Assembly: GCA_038323865.1 (NCBI GenBank)
Contig: JBBQHJ010000003.1
Span: 1,385 to 65,384 of the forward strand
Origin: Gemmatimonadales bacterium
Lineage (GTDB): Bacteria; Gemmatimonadota; Gemmatimonadetes; Gemmatimonadales; Gemmatimonadaceae
Length of the DNA: 64,000 nt
Reading direction: 5' to 3'
The translations under genes and the position numbers were made by a program. Numbering within the stretch: the first letter of the stretch is position 1; each line of letters starts with the position of its first letter. Shown piece by piece: positions 55,656-64,000 of this stretch. The notes under the pieces are model-generated. The model did no database searches, had not been told where the DNA came from, and saw nothing but the letters and a program-made list of their open reading frames with translations.

Positions 55656-57605
55656 ATGACTGCTCCACGTGTTCGCCGCCGCCGGAACGCGGCTCCGGCC
55701 TACGATCGCCTGACGCAACCCCTGGTGCGTGAGAACGGCGTTCTCCGTCCCGCGACGTGGGACGAGGCGCTCGACCGGGCGGCTGAGGGGTTTCGCCGGA
55801 ATCTCGAGGCGCGCGGCCCGAATTCCATAGGTACCTTCTCGTGCTCGAAGTCCACGAACGAAGTGAACTTTCTGGCGCAGAAGCTATCGCGTGTGGTGTT
55901 CGGCACGAACAACATCGATAGCTGTAACCGAACTTGACACGCACCTAGCGTCGTCGGTCTGGCGACAGTGTTTGGTGCCGGTGGCGGCACCAGTTCCTAT
56001 GAAGAGGTCGAGGACACCGATGTGGTGTTCCTGTGGGGATCGAACGCGCGTGAAGCGCATCCGATCTGGTTTCATCATCTCCTGAAGGGAATTAATAGCG
56101 GAACGCGACTATATGTCATGGACCCTCGGCGCACCAGTTCAGCGCAGTGGGCGGATGTGTGGCTTGGGTTGAATGTCGGGTCCGATGTCGCGTTATCGAA
56201 CACAATGGGACGCGAGATCATAGCTGCGGGTCTCGTTGATACAGCGTTCGTGGACAACGCGACGGTGGGATTTCGCGAATACAAAGCGAACGTCGAGTCA
56301 TACACGCTTGAACGCGGCGAGCAGCTCACGGGCGTTCCTGCGGAGGTGATTCGCGAGGCAGCGCACGCATTCGCGACAGCAAAGAAGGCGATGGTGTGCT
56401 GGACGCTTGGCATCACTGAGCATCACAACGCGGTCGACAACGTGTTGTCACTGATCAATCTCTGCCTGCTTACGGGGCATGTGGGCAAGTGGGGATCGGG
56501 CTGCAATCCGTTGCGCGGACAGAACAACGTGCAGGGCGGCGGTGATATGGGCGCGATTCCAAATCGTCTTCCCGGTTTTCAGGAGATCCTCGATGCGCCG
56601 GTGCGTGAGCGATTCGAGCAACACTGGGGCGTCAAGATTCAGCCGAAGCACGGATGGAATCTCACCGAGATGTTGCAGGCGATGGGACGCGGTGAGATGA
56701 CGTCGCTCTTCTGTATTGGAGAGAATCCGGCGCAGTCCGCTGCAGACGCAAACCATGTGGAGCACGTGCTCGCGGGACTCGATCACCTGGTGGTGCAAGA
56801 AATCTTTCTGACGAAGACGGCGCAGCTGGCGCATGTCGTGCTGCCGGCAGGCGCATCGTGGTGCGAGGCGGAAGGCACAGTGACGAACAGTGAGCGTCGC
56901 GTGCAGCGGTGCCGGAAGGCGGTCAATCCACCGGAGGGCGCGCGCGACGAGCTGTGGATCATTTCGGAGCTGGCACGCCGCATGGGACATGACTGGCATA
57001 CGCCGTCGGCCGAGGAGGTGTGGGACGAGTTTCGGGTCGTGGCGCCGGAGTTTGCTGGGGGCATGAGCTACGCTCGACTCGAGGCGCTTGGCGGCATTCA
57101 GTGGCCGTGTCCTGATGAGTCGCATCCCGGGTCGACATTTCTTCACGGCCGCTTGCAGAAGGTGCCGCGCGAGGGATTGGCGGCACCGCTCTCGGTAGTC
57201 CATCACTCGCCGCCGGTAGAGATGCCGGACGCGGAGTATCCGTTCCTGCTGACAACGGGACGACGCCTCGAGTCGTACAATACCGGCGTGATGACGGGTG
57301 GCTACGAGTCCGCGTTGCATCGGGGCGAATCACTGGACGTGTCGCCGGAGGATGCGGCGGCGCTCGGTCTCGTTGAAGGATCGTCGGTGCGTGTTTCGTC
57401 GCGACGCGGGACGTTGATTGCGCCGGTGCACGTTGATGACGGATTGCGGCGCGGGCTGGTGTTCATGACGCTCCATTTCCCGGATGAGGTGAATACGAAC
57501 GTGTTGACAATCGACGTTGCAGATCCGAGATCGGGAACGGCAGAGTTCAAGGCGTGTGCTGTGCGCGTTGAGACTGTTCTGCAACAGTCGATGGCGTCGG
57601 ACTGA
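55656..57605 (+). CDS. fdhA: Formate dehydrogenase catalytic (Mo/W-bisPGD) polypeptide, selenocysteine-containing, lacking the N-terminal Fe-S domains
   Basis: Track ORFs 55656-55937 and 55968-57605 are in the same frame and separated by TGA 55935-37 in the context NNIDSCNRT-U-HAPSVVGL. The whole frame is collinear with FdhF/FdsA through the C-terminal KACAVRVE. Confidence 0.88.
55938..55978 (+). promoter_or_regulatory. Bacterial SECIS element
   Basis: GTCGTC (55950-55955) pairs with GGCGAC (55961-55966) around the apical loop GGTCT, which begins 19 nt after the UGA. An outer helix pairs CACC 55942-45 with GGTG 55974-77. Confidence 0.8.
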
Positions 57606-57614
57606 ACCGCGGTC

Positions 57615-59528
57615 ATGGACATAAAGCCTGTTGTTGCAGAGCCGACTGACGAGGAACGAGCTGCGGTAGACGCGTTGCTCGGCGCGCCGCCGTCGGGGTG
57701 GCAGGGCGGTGAGCGTTCTGCTGAAGATTCACACGTCGCGTTCAGCGTTGGTTCGTCGGGGCTCGGGCGGCCGGATTTGTTGCCGGCGCTTGAAGCGGTG
57801 CAGGCGCGCGTTGGGTGGATCAGTGAAGGTGCGCTCGGCTATGTCTGCAACCGATTAAACGTTCCGCCCGCTGATGCGTGGGGTGTTGCGACGTTCTATG
57901 CGTTGCTGGGGACGACACCGCGTCCGCGCCGCGTGCTGCACGTGTGCGACGACATTGCGTGTCGGGTGCGTGGTGCGCTGAAGATTGTTGGCGGATTGAA
58001 TCAGATGCAGGCGGCGCTAGCGCATGAACCATCAGGTGATCACGTGATCGTCGATGCTGACGCGACCACGTGGATGCATTCCCCGTGTCTAGGCATGTGC
58101 GACATGGCGCCGGCTGCGTTGATGATTTCCGCCGGTGCGCCGGCCATTGAGTACGCGATCGGTGGCGCCACAGTTGACGGTTTGCGGAGTTTGTTGGAGG
58201 GGCGTGCAAAAGCCAGAGGTGCAGATTCCTCGACTGCGCTCGGAATGACAAAAGCAGGCCCTTCGGCTGCGCCTCAGGGCGACAGCGCGGAGGAGCCGCC
58301 GCTTCCGCAGTTTGGTTCAGCATCGCTCACGCTGCTCAAACGCGTAGGCACGGTTAATCCGACATCGCTCGATGCCTATCGCGCCGCAGGCGGATTCAGC
58401 GCATTGGCGAAAGCGCGCGAGATGGGCGCTGAGCGAATCATCTCCGAAGTGAATGAAGCAAAGCTCGTTGGGCGCGGCGGCGCTGCGTTTCCGACGGGAC
58501 GCAAATGGGAAAGTGTGCGTTCGCAGAAGAACACGCCGCACTATCTCGTCTGCAACGCCGATGAATCGGAACCAGGCACGTTCAAGGATCGCTTGCTGAT
58601 GACGCATGATCCGTTCGCGGTGATTGAGTCGATGGCGATTGCCGCCTTTGCAACGGGGTGCGAAAAGGGATTCATCTATCTTCGCGCCGAGTATCCGCTG
58701 GCGTTTGCGAGATTGTCGAGTGCGGTCGAGCAGTCACGCGCTGCGGGTGTTCTTGACTCATTCGATGTGGAGATCCGTCGTGGCGCGGGCGCATATATCT
58801 GCGGTGAAGAAACAGCGATCTTCGAATCGATAGAAGGAAAGCGTGGCGAGCCGAGGAACAAGCCGCCGTTTCCGGCGCAGTACGGAGTGTTCGGGAAGCC
58901 GACGGTCGTGAACAACGTCGAGACGCTGGTGAACGTGTTGCCAATCGTGCTCGATGGCGGCGCGCACTACGCGACGATTGGAACACCGGCGTCGACAGGA
59001 ACGAGATTGTTTTGTCTCTCCGGGGCAGTAGCTCGGCCCGGTGTCTACGAAGTTGCGTGCGGTACTTCCTTGCGTGCGCTGTTTGAACTCGCTGGTGGTG
59101 TGCCGAATGATCTGCAGGCGGTGCTGCTGGGTGGGGCGGCCGGCAACTTTATTCGTGCCGACGAAATCGACTTGCGTCTCACAATGGAAGACACACGCGC
59201 GGCGGGCGTCACACTGGGTTCGGGTGTCGTGATGGCATTCGACGCCTCAGCGGACATGCACGACATCGTACGTCGTATCGCGGCGTTTTTCAGAGATGAA
59301 TCGTGCGGGCAGTGTGTGCCATGTCGTGTTGGAACAGTGCGACAGGAGGAATCGCTGCACCGAATTGCGAGTGGGCGAACGCTCGGTGGCGTTCCTGCGG
59401 AGCTCGCGTTGCTCGAGGAGATAGGCCAGGGAATGAAGGACGGTTCAATCTGCGGGCTTGGGCAGACGGCGTATTCGGCGGTGGAATCAGCGATGAAGCG
59501 ATTGAGGCTGTATGACGGAAGCGAGTAG
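57615..59528 (+). CDS. NuoE-NuoF (FdsG-FdsB-like) fusion: NAD(H)/FMN/Fe-S diaphorase subunit
   Basis: N-terminal NuoE-like 2Fe-2S region (VCDDIAC...SPCLGMCDMAP). C-terminal NuoF region (GRGGAAFPTGRKW, YLVCNADESEPGTFKDR, ESCGQCVPCR). Confidence 0.88.
   Translation: MDIKPVVAEPTDEERAAVDALLGAPPSGWQGGERSAEDSHVAFSVGSSGLGRPDLLPALEAVQARVGWISEGALGYVCNRLNVPPADAWGVATFYALLGTTPRPRRVLHVCDDIACRVRGALKIVGGLNQMQAALAHEPSGDHVIVDADATTWMHSPCLGMCDMAPAALMISAGAPAIEYAIGGATVDGLRSLLEGRAKARGADSSTALGMTKAGPSAAPQGDSAEEPPLPQFGSASLTLLKRVGTVNPTSLDAYRAAGGFSALAKAREMGAERIISEVNEAKLVGRGGAAFPTGRKWESVRSQKNTPHYLVCNADESEPGTFKDRLLMTHDPFAVIESMAIAAFATGCEKGFIYLRAEYPLAFARLSSAVEQSRAAGVLDSFDVEIRRGAGAYICGEETAIFESIEGKRGEPRNKPPFPAQYGVFGKPTVVNNVETLVNVLPIVLDGGAHYATIGTPASTGTRLFCLSGAVARPGVYEVACGTSLRALFELAGGVPNDLQAVLLGGAAGNFIRADEIDLRLTMEDTRAAGVTLGSGVVMAFDASADMHDIVRRIAAFFRDESCGQCVPCRVGTVRQEESLHRIASGRTLGGVPAELALLEEIGQGMKDGSICGLGQTAYSAVESAMKRLRLYDGSE
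58219..58284 (+). repeat. Repeat family locus R5: intragenic, in frame, in the NuoE-NuoF linker
   Basis: GTGCAGATTCCTCGACTGCGCTCGGAATGACAA (58219-58251), then a degenerate second unit GCAGGCCCTTCGGCTGCGCCTCAGGGCGACA (58254-58284). Translated as ...RGADSSTALGMTKAGPSAAPQGDS... Confidence 0.85.
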
Positions 59529-59537
59529 CGGAAGGGC

Positions 59538-59566
59538 GGGTCCGTCGCTTCGCACAGGACGACAAC
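59538..59566 (+). repeat. Repeat family locus R6: single degenerate type-2 unit
   Basis: GGGTCCGTCGCTTCGCACAGGACGACAAC lies in the spacer between the NuoEF gene and the Fe-S subunit gene. Confidence 0.6.
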
Positions 59567-59607
59567 AGGTCGTGCAGCTCGAGCGGCCATCGCGCGCGCC
59601 GAAGGCG

Positions 59608-60525
59608 ATGGTCGATCTCACGATCGATGGACGTGCGGCCTCAGTGCCCGAAGGCACAACGATTCTCGGTGCGTGCGCGACGATTGGTCTCGACATCCCG
59701 ACGCTGTGCTATCTCGAGACGTTGCGCCCGGTGAATGTGTGTCGAGTGTGCGTGGTGGAGGTGGAGGGAGCGCGGGTGTTGGTGCCGAGCTGTTCGCGTG
59801 TTGTCGAGGCGGGCATGGTGGTGAAGACTCGGTCGGGGCGCGTCGATCACGCTCGCAAGATGGTTCTGGAGTTGCTGGCATCGTCGGTGGACTTGTCGAC
59901 GACACCGGGAATGCCGGAGATGCTCGCGGAGTACGACTGCAAGCCGGAGCGCTTTGGCCCACCAGAGCCTGCGCGCGCGGCAGGTGAGCGTGATGCCGCG
60001 TTACCAGGGCATCACCACGCGCCGGATCCCGCGTATGCAGCGACGGTGGCGCAACCGGTGAAGGTCGACAACGATCTCTATGTGCGCGACTACGCCAAGT
60101 GCGTGTTGTGTTACAAGTGCGTCGAGGCGTGCGGGCCTGATCACCAGAACACATTTGCCATAGCTGTTGCCGGGCGGGGATTCGATGCGCGCATCTCGAC
60201 GGAGTTTGCCGTAGCGTTGCCCGACAGTGCGTGCGTCTATTGCGGCAACTGCATTGCCGTTTGTCCAACGGGCGCGTTGATGGCCAAGAGCGAGTTCGAT
60301 ATGCGCGCGGCCGGAACGTACGACGAATCACGTCAGACAACGACGGATACGATCTGCCCGTACTGTGGTGTTGGATGCACACTCACGTTGCATGTGCAGG
60401 ATGAGATGATCATCAAGGCCACGTCGCCGCTCGATAACGCGATCACGCGTGGCAATCTGTGTATCAAGGGCCGGTTTGGTTGGCAGTACGTACAGAACAA
60501 ACAGTCGAACGGTCGGCCAGTCTGA
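59608..60525 (+). CDS. NuoG-like Fe-S polypeptide = N-terminal part of a formate dehydrogenase alpha subunit
   Basis: A 2Fe-2S ferredoxin fold (TLCYLETLRPVNVCRVCVVEV), 4Fe-4S motifs (CVLCYKCVEAC, CVYCGNCIAVCP), then the first Mo-enzyme cluster motif CPYCGVGCTL...GNLCIKGRFGWQYV. It ends there. Start at ATG 59608. Confidence 0.85.
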   Translation: MVDLTIDGRAASVPEGTTILGACATIGLDIPTLCYLETLRPVNVCRVCVVEVEGARVLVPSCSRVVEAGMVVKTRSGRVDHARKMVLELLASSVDLSTTPGMPEMLAEYDCKPERFGPPEPARAAGERDAALPGHHHAPDPAYAATVAQPVKVDNDLYVRDYAKCVLCYKCVEACGPDHQNTFAIAVAGRGFDARISTEFAVALPDSACVYCGNCIAVCPTGALMAKSEFDMRAAGTYDESRQTTTDTICPYCGVGCTLTLHVQDEMIIKATSPLDNAITRGNLCIKGRFGWQYVQNKQSNGRPV

Positions 60526-60564
60526 CGGTCGGACAGTCGCAACATCAAAGGCTCAACACAACCA

Positions 60565-62283
60565 ATGAAATCACCATTCCTGTCTGACATCGAGATTGCA
60601 CAAGCGGCGCATCCGCGGCCCATCGTCGACGTGGCCGCTGACATCGGGCTTGGCGCAGACGACCTCGATCTTTACGGCAAATACAAGGCGAAGGTCTCGC
60701 TCGAGCTCTCGGAGCGTCCGTCACGTGGACGCCTGGTGTTGGTCACGGCAATCAGTCCGACGCCAGCAGGCGAGGGGAAGAGCACCGTCAGCGTTGGTCT
60801 CGCGCAAGCGATGCGGCGTATAGGCATCAATGCGGTACTGTGTATTCGCGAGCCGAGTTTGGGGCCGGTGTTCGGTGTGAAGGGCGGTGCGGCGGGCGGC
60901 GGATATTCGCAGGTGATTCCGATGGAGGACATCAACCTCCATTTCACGGGCGACTTCCACGCCATCGCGAGCGCGCATGCGCTGCTGAGCGCGATGATGG
61001 ACAATCATCTGCAGCAGGGCAACGAGCTGCATCTCGACCCACGCCGTATCACGTGGCCGCGGACGATCGATATGAACGATCGCGCGCTGCGTAAAGTCAT
61101 CATCGGGCTGGGTGGCGCGATGGATGGCATCGTGCGTGAGGAGCGATTCGTCATCATTCCGGCGAGTGAGATCATGGCGATTGTCGCACTGGCGGCGAGT
61201 CGCGCGGATCTCGAGCAGCGGCTCGGCAACATCATCGTTGGTGCGACGGCGGGTAAAGCGAAGGCACCGGTGCATGCGCGCGACCTCAAGGCGCATGGCG
61301 CAATGACGATGCTGCTCAAGGATGCGATTCGGCCGAATCTCGTTCAGACACTCGAGGGTGGGCCGTGCTTCGTGCACGCCGGTCCGTTCGGCAACATCGC
61401 GACCGGAACAAACTCGATCATTGCGACGAAGTCGGCGCTCGCACTGGGCGATGTCGTCGTCACTGAAGCGGGATTCGGTTCAGATCTTGGCGCGGAGAAG
61501 TTCTTCGATATCAAGTGCCGCATGGGCGGACTGAATCCAGAGGCAGCAGTTCTCGTTGCGACGATCCGCTCGCTGAAGATGCAGGGCGGGTTAGACAAGG
61601 CGTCGCTGGTGAAGGAGGATCTCGCCGCGCTCGAGCGGGGGTTACCGCATCTCGATCATCACGTAAAGAACGTGCAGCAGTTCGGTGTGCCGGTGGTTGT
61701 TGCACTGAATCGCATTCTGTCGGACACGGATGCGGAGCTAAAGATGGTGATGGATCATGCGTCGACGCTTGGCGTGAAGGTGGTGCTCACGGAGGTGTGG
61801 GCGCACGGTGGCGCGGGTGGTGAAGAGCTCGCGCGTGAGACGATGGCGTTGCTCGACGGGAACAAGGGGGCGGTGTCGCCGGATGGCGGAACGTTGCGGC
61901 CGACGTCGCGCTATGCGCCGATCTACGATGTGAATCTGCCGATCAAGGAGAAGATTCTGACCATCGTGCAGCGCGTGTATGGCGGCGATGGTGTGGACTA
62001 TTCGCCGACGGCGGATAAGGCGATCGAGTATCTGACGTCGATTGGCATGGCGAACACGCCGGTGTGCATGGCGAAGACGCAGTACTCGCTGACGGACGAT
62101 CCTTCTCGATTGGGTAAACCCACGGGGTTCCGAATCACCATCAATGAAGTATATGGCTCGGCGGGGGCGGGGTTCGTCGTCGCGAAGACGGGGGACATCA
62201 TGACGATGCCGGGGCTGCCGAAGGTTCCCGCGGCGGAGGGAATGTCGATCTCGGCGAATGGGGCGATTGTGGGACTTTCGTAA
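60565..62283 (+). CDS. fhs: Formate--tetrahydrofolate ligase
   Basis: LSDIEIAQ..., P-loop TPAGEGKST, and full-length collinearity (572 aa). Confidence 0.95.
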   Translation: MKSPFLSDIEIAQAAHPRPIVDVAADIGLGADDLDLYGKYKAKVSLELSERPSRGRLVLVTAISPTPAGEGKSTVSVGLAQAMRRIGINAVLCIREPSLGPVFGVKGGAAGGGYSQVIPMEDINLHFTGDFHAIASAHALLSAMMDNHLQQGNELHLDPRRITWPRTIDMNDRALRKVIIGLGGAMDGIVREERFVIIPASEIMAIVALAASRADLEQRLGNIIVGATAGKAKAPVHARDLKAHGAMTMLLKDAIRPNLVQTLEGGPCFVHAGPFGNIATGTNSIIATKSALALGDVVVTEAGFGSDLGAEKFFDIKCRMGGLNPEAAVLVATIRSLKMQGGLDKASLVKEDLAALERGLPHLDHHVKNVQQFGVPVVVALNRILSDTDAELKMVMDHASTLGVKVVLTEVWAHGGAGGEELARETMALLDGNKGAVSPDGGTLRPTSRYAPIYDVNLPIKEKILTIVQRVYGGDGVDYSPTADKAIEYLTSIGMANTPVCMAKTQYSLTDDPSRLGKPTGFRITINEVYGSAGAGFVVAKTGDIMTMPGLPKVPAAEGMSISANGAIVGLS

Positions 62284-62298
62284 GGGGCGGAAAGAAAG

Positions 62299-62326
62299 CA
62301 GGTCCCTCGCTCCGCTCAGGAGGGCA
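62299..62326 (+). repeat. Repeat family locus R7: single type-2 unit between convergent genes
   Basis: CAGGTCCCTCGCTCCGCTCAGGAGGGCA. Confidence 0.7.
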
Positions 62327-62329
62327 TCA

Positions 62330-63505
62330 TCACTTCTTAGGCCACGGAACGCCCTGCATCGGGGGCACTGATTGCAGACCCTTGTAAACGAATTTCTGTA
62401 CTCGTTTGCCCTCGTAGGTTTCCGTCGTGTAAAGATTGCCTTTTGAGTCGGACGCAATGCTGTGCACGGCGAAGAACTGGCCAGGCTGGCGGCCGCCGTC
62501 GCCGAAGGCGGTGACAATCTCGAGCGATTCACGCAGCATCACGTAGATGCGCTCGTTCTTGCCGTCGGCGAGGAAAATGTATTTCTGCTGTGGGTCGCGA
62601 GAGAACGCGATATCCCACACCGAGCCATCGCCAAGGGTGCGCGGAGCAATGCGCATCTCCTTCACGAACGCGCCGTCTTTCTTGAAGACCTGGATGCGAT
62701 CATTGGGCCGATCGCACACATACACCAAGCCATCATTCGACGGCTCGGCGCAGTGCACCGGTGTGCGGAACTGCTGCGCGATCGGTGCGTCGGGGTTGTA
62801 GCGGCCGGGATTCGAATCGCTGGGGACGTTGCCATACGCGCCCCAAAAGCGCTTGATGCCACCGGAACCCATGTCGACGACGGCGACGCGATGATTGCCA
62901 TAGCCGTCGGCGATGAATGCCTCTTTGTTCTTCGGGTCGAAAGAAATCTTGGCGACACGACCGAAATGCGTGGTGCTCTTGCTGTCTACCTTCTGTCCGA
63001 CCTCACCGATCTCGCGCATGAACTTCCCCTCATGCGTGAACTCGAGCATATGTGAGTCGCCCACACCATTCCCGCCGATCCAGACGTTGTCCTTGTCGTC
63101 GACCGACACGCCGTGGTTGGAATTCGGCCACGTGTATTCCTTGGAGGGACCGCCCCACGCGCGCACCACGCTGCCTTCAGGATCGAACTCGATGACCGGC
63201 GGCGCCGACCGGCAGCATTCGCCAGATGGCGGCGTGGCGTCAGCGCCGACTTCGGTGCGCTGGTTGAGCGTGGAGTCGCCGCGGTGGATGATGAAGATGT
63301 GGTCCTTCGAGTCGATGCCTACACCGATCACGGAGCCAAGTACCCAGTGGTTGGGCAGCGGCTTGGGCCACATGGGGTCGACCTCAAACTTCGGTGCGGT
63401 GACGTTTTGATTGCGGCCTGCCGCTTGGAGCCTGTCCTGGGTGACGCCGAGTGTCGCGAGGGATATGGCGGCGCCAGCGAGGACGAGCAGATTACGCCGG
63501 GACAT
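62330..63505 (-). CDS. Tat-exported NHL-repeat beta-propeller protein (peptidylamidoglycolate-lyase-like)
   Basis: MSRRNLLVLAGAAISLA twin-arginine-like leader. Repeated ...D..G.IYV.D..N.RI..F-type blades. Confidence 0.65.
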   Translation of the reverse strand: MSRRNLLVLAGAAISLATLGVTQDRLQAAGRNQNVTAPKFEVDPMWPKPLPNHWVLGSVIGVGIDSKDHIFIIHRGDSTLNQRTEVGADATPPSGECCRSAPPVIEFDPEGSVVRAWGGPSKEYTWPNSNHGVSVDDKDNVWIGGNGVGDSHMLEFTHEGKFMREIGEVGQKVDSKSTTHFGRVAKISFDPKNKEAFIADGYGNHRVAVVDMGSGGIKRFWGAYGNVPSDSNPGRYNPDAPIAQQFRTPVHCAEPSNDGLVYVCDRPNDRIQVFKKDGAFVKEMRIAPRTLGDGSVWDIAFSRDPQQKYIFLADGKNERIYVMLRESLEIVTAFGDGGRQPGQFFAVHSIASDSKGNLYTTETYEGKRVQKFVYKGLQSVPPMQGVPWPKK

Positions 63506-63543
63506 GGACTCTCCGCATTCAAAGGTCGTATGAAGGTGCAGGC

Positions 63544-64000
63544 GTGATTCTACGGTTCAGGCCCCTCCGGCGTCTAGGTGTGTGGCTGTTCGGTGCGTTG
63601 TTGATGTTGCCAGTATTGGCGAAGGCGCACGACGTTCCATCGCGTATTGTGGCGTTCATGTATGTGAAGCCAGACGGAAACACGTTGCACGTGCTGCTTC
63701 GTGTGCCGCTGGAATCGATGCGCGACATCAACTTTCCGCAGCGTGGCGTTGGCTTGCTCGACGTCGAACGCGCTGCGCCGCTGCTGGACGATGCCGCCGG
63801 GCTCTGGCTGACGCAGAAATTGGCGTTTTTCGAGAATGGTGCGGCGCTGCCGGTGCCCAAGGTGGTGCGGACGCGTCTTTCGCTGCCGACGGATCGCTCG
63901 TTCTCGCGATACGCGACGGCGATCACCCATCTCACGAGTGATGTACTTCTGACGAACAGCGCCGACTTGCCCTGGCGGCAGGCGATGCTGGATGTGGAGC
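63544..64000 (+). CDS. Hypothetical secreted protein (3' end outside window)
   Basis: Not in the ORF track because no stop falls in the window. GTG 63544, and the frame stays open to the end. Translation VILRFRPLRRLGVWLFGALLMLPVLAKAHDVPSRIVAFMYVKPDGNTLHVLLRVPLE... has a signal peptide. Confidence 0.55.
   Translation, partial: MILRFRPLRRLGVWLFGALLMLPVLAKAHDVPSRIVAFMYVKPDGNTLHVLLRVPLESMRDINFPQRGVGLLDVERAAPLLDDAAGLWLTQKLAFFENGAALPVPKVVRTRLSLPTDRSFSRYATAITHLTSDVLLTNSADLPWRQAMLDVE

Noticed and set aside
55935-55937. The TGA as a genuine stop, or as evidence of a pseudogenised formate dehydrogenase.
   Set aside because: It falls exactly at the active-site Sec/Cys position, the downstream reading frame is intact for 556 codons, and a SECIS-like hairpin has fdhF-like spacing.

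Overview
Origin-proximal chromosomal segment of a high-GC diderm bacterium; the phylum cannot be determined from the sequence alone. The core is dnaN-dnaA on the minus strand facing rpmH-rnpA-yidD-yidC-(MBL)-mnmE on the plus strand. An AT-rich, DnaA-box-bearing oriC candidate lies between dnaA and dnaN, a second pair of boxes sits just upstream of dnaA, and rnpB lies just beyond dnaN. The remaining ~55 kb is mostly plus-strand housekeeping and metabolic genes: upp, an M16 peptidase pair, ECF sigma/anti-sigma, holA, mutS, cystathionine beta-synthase, ddl, queF, an Oar-like TonB-dependent receptor, tRNA-Phe, a SorAB-like sulfite dehydrogenase, mscL, a GGDEF protein and fhs. I saw no transposase, integrase, phage, CRISPR-cas or recognisable defence genes, so this reads as core genome rather than an island. 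Five observations stand out. (1) A selenocysteine formate dehydrogenase (in-frame TGA plus an fdhF-like SECIS hairpin) has its alpha subunit split in two, with the halves encoded in permuted order around a NuoE-NuoF fusion, next to fhs. (2) A ~33-nt hairpin-capable repeat family forms 35-bp-period tandem arrays at 7 loci, all in one orientation. One copy lies in frame inside the NuoEF linker and one supplies a stop codon. (3) Two adjacent genes are decayed: a frameshifted LysE exporter and a Rieske oxygenase with stops, frameshifts and deletions. (4) A QueE-like protein lacks the radical-SAM cysteines. (5) GC content and codon usage drop clearly in the ~7 kb left of the dnaA-rpmH spacer. Start codons were adjusted by eye where the ORF track's longest ORF looked too long.
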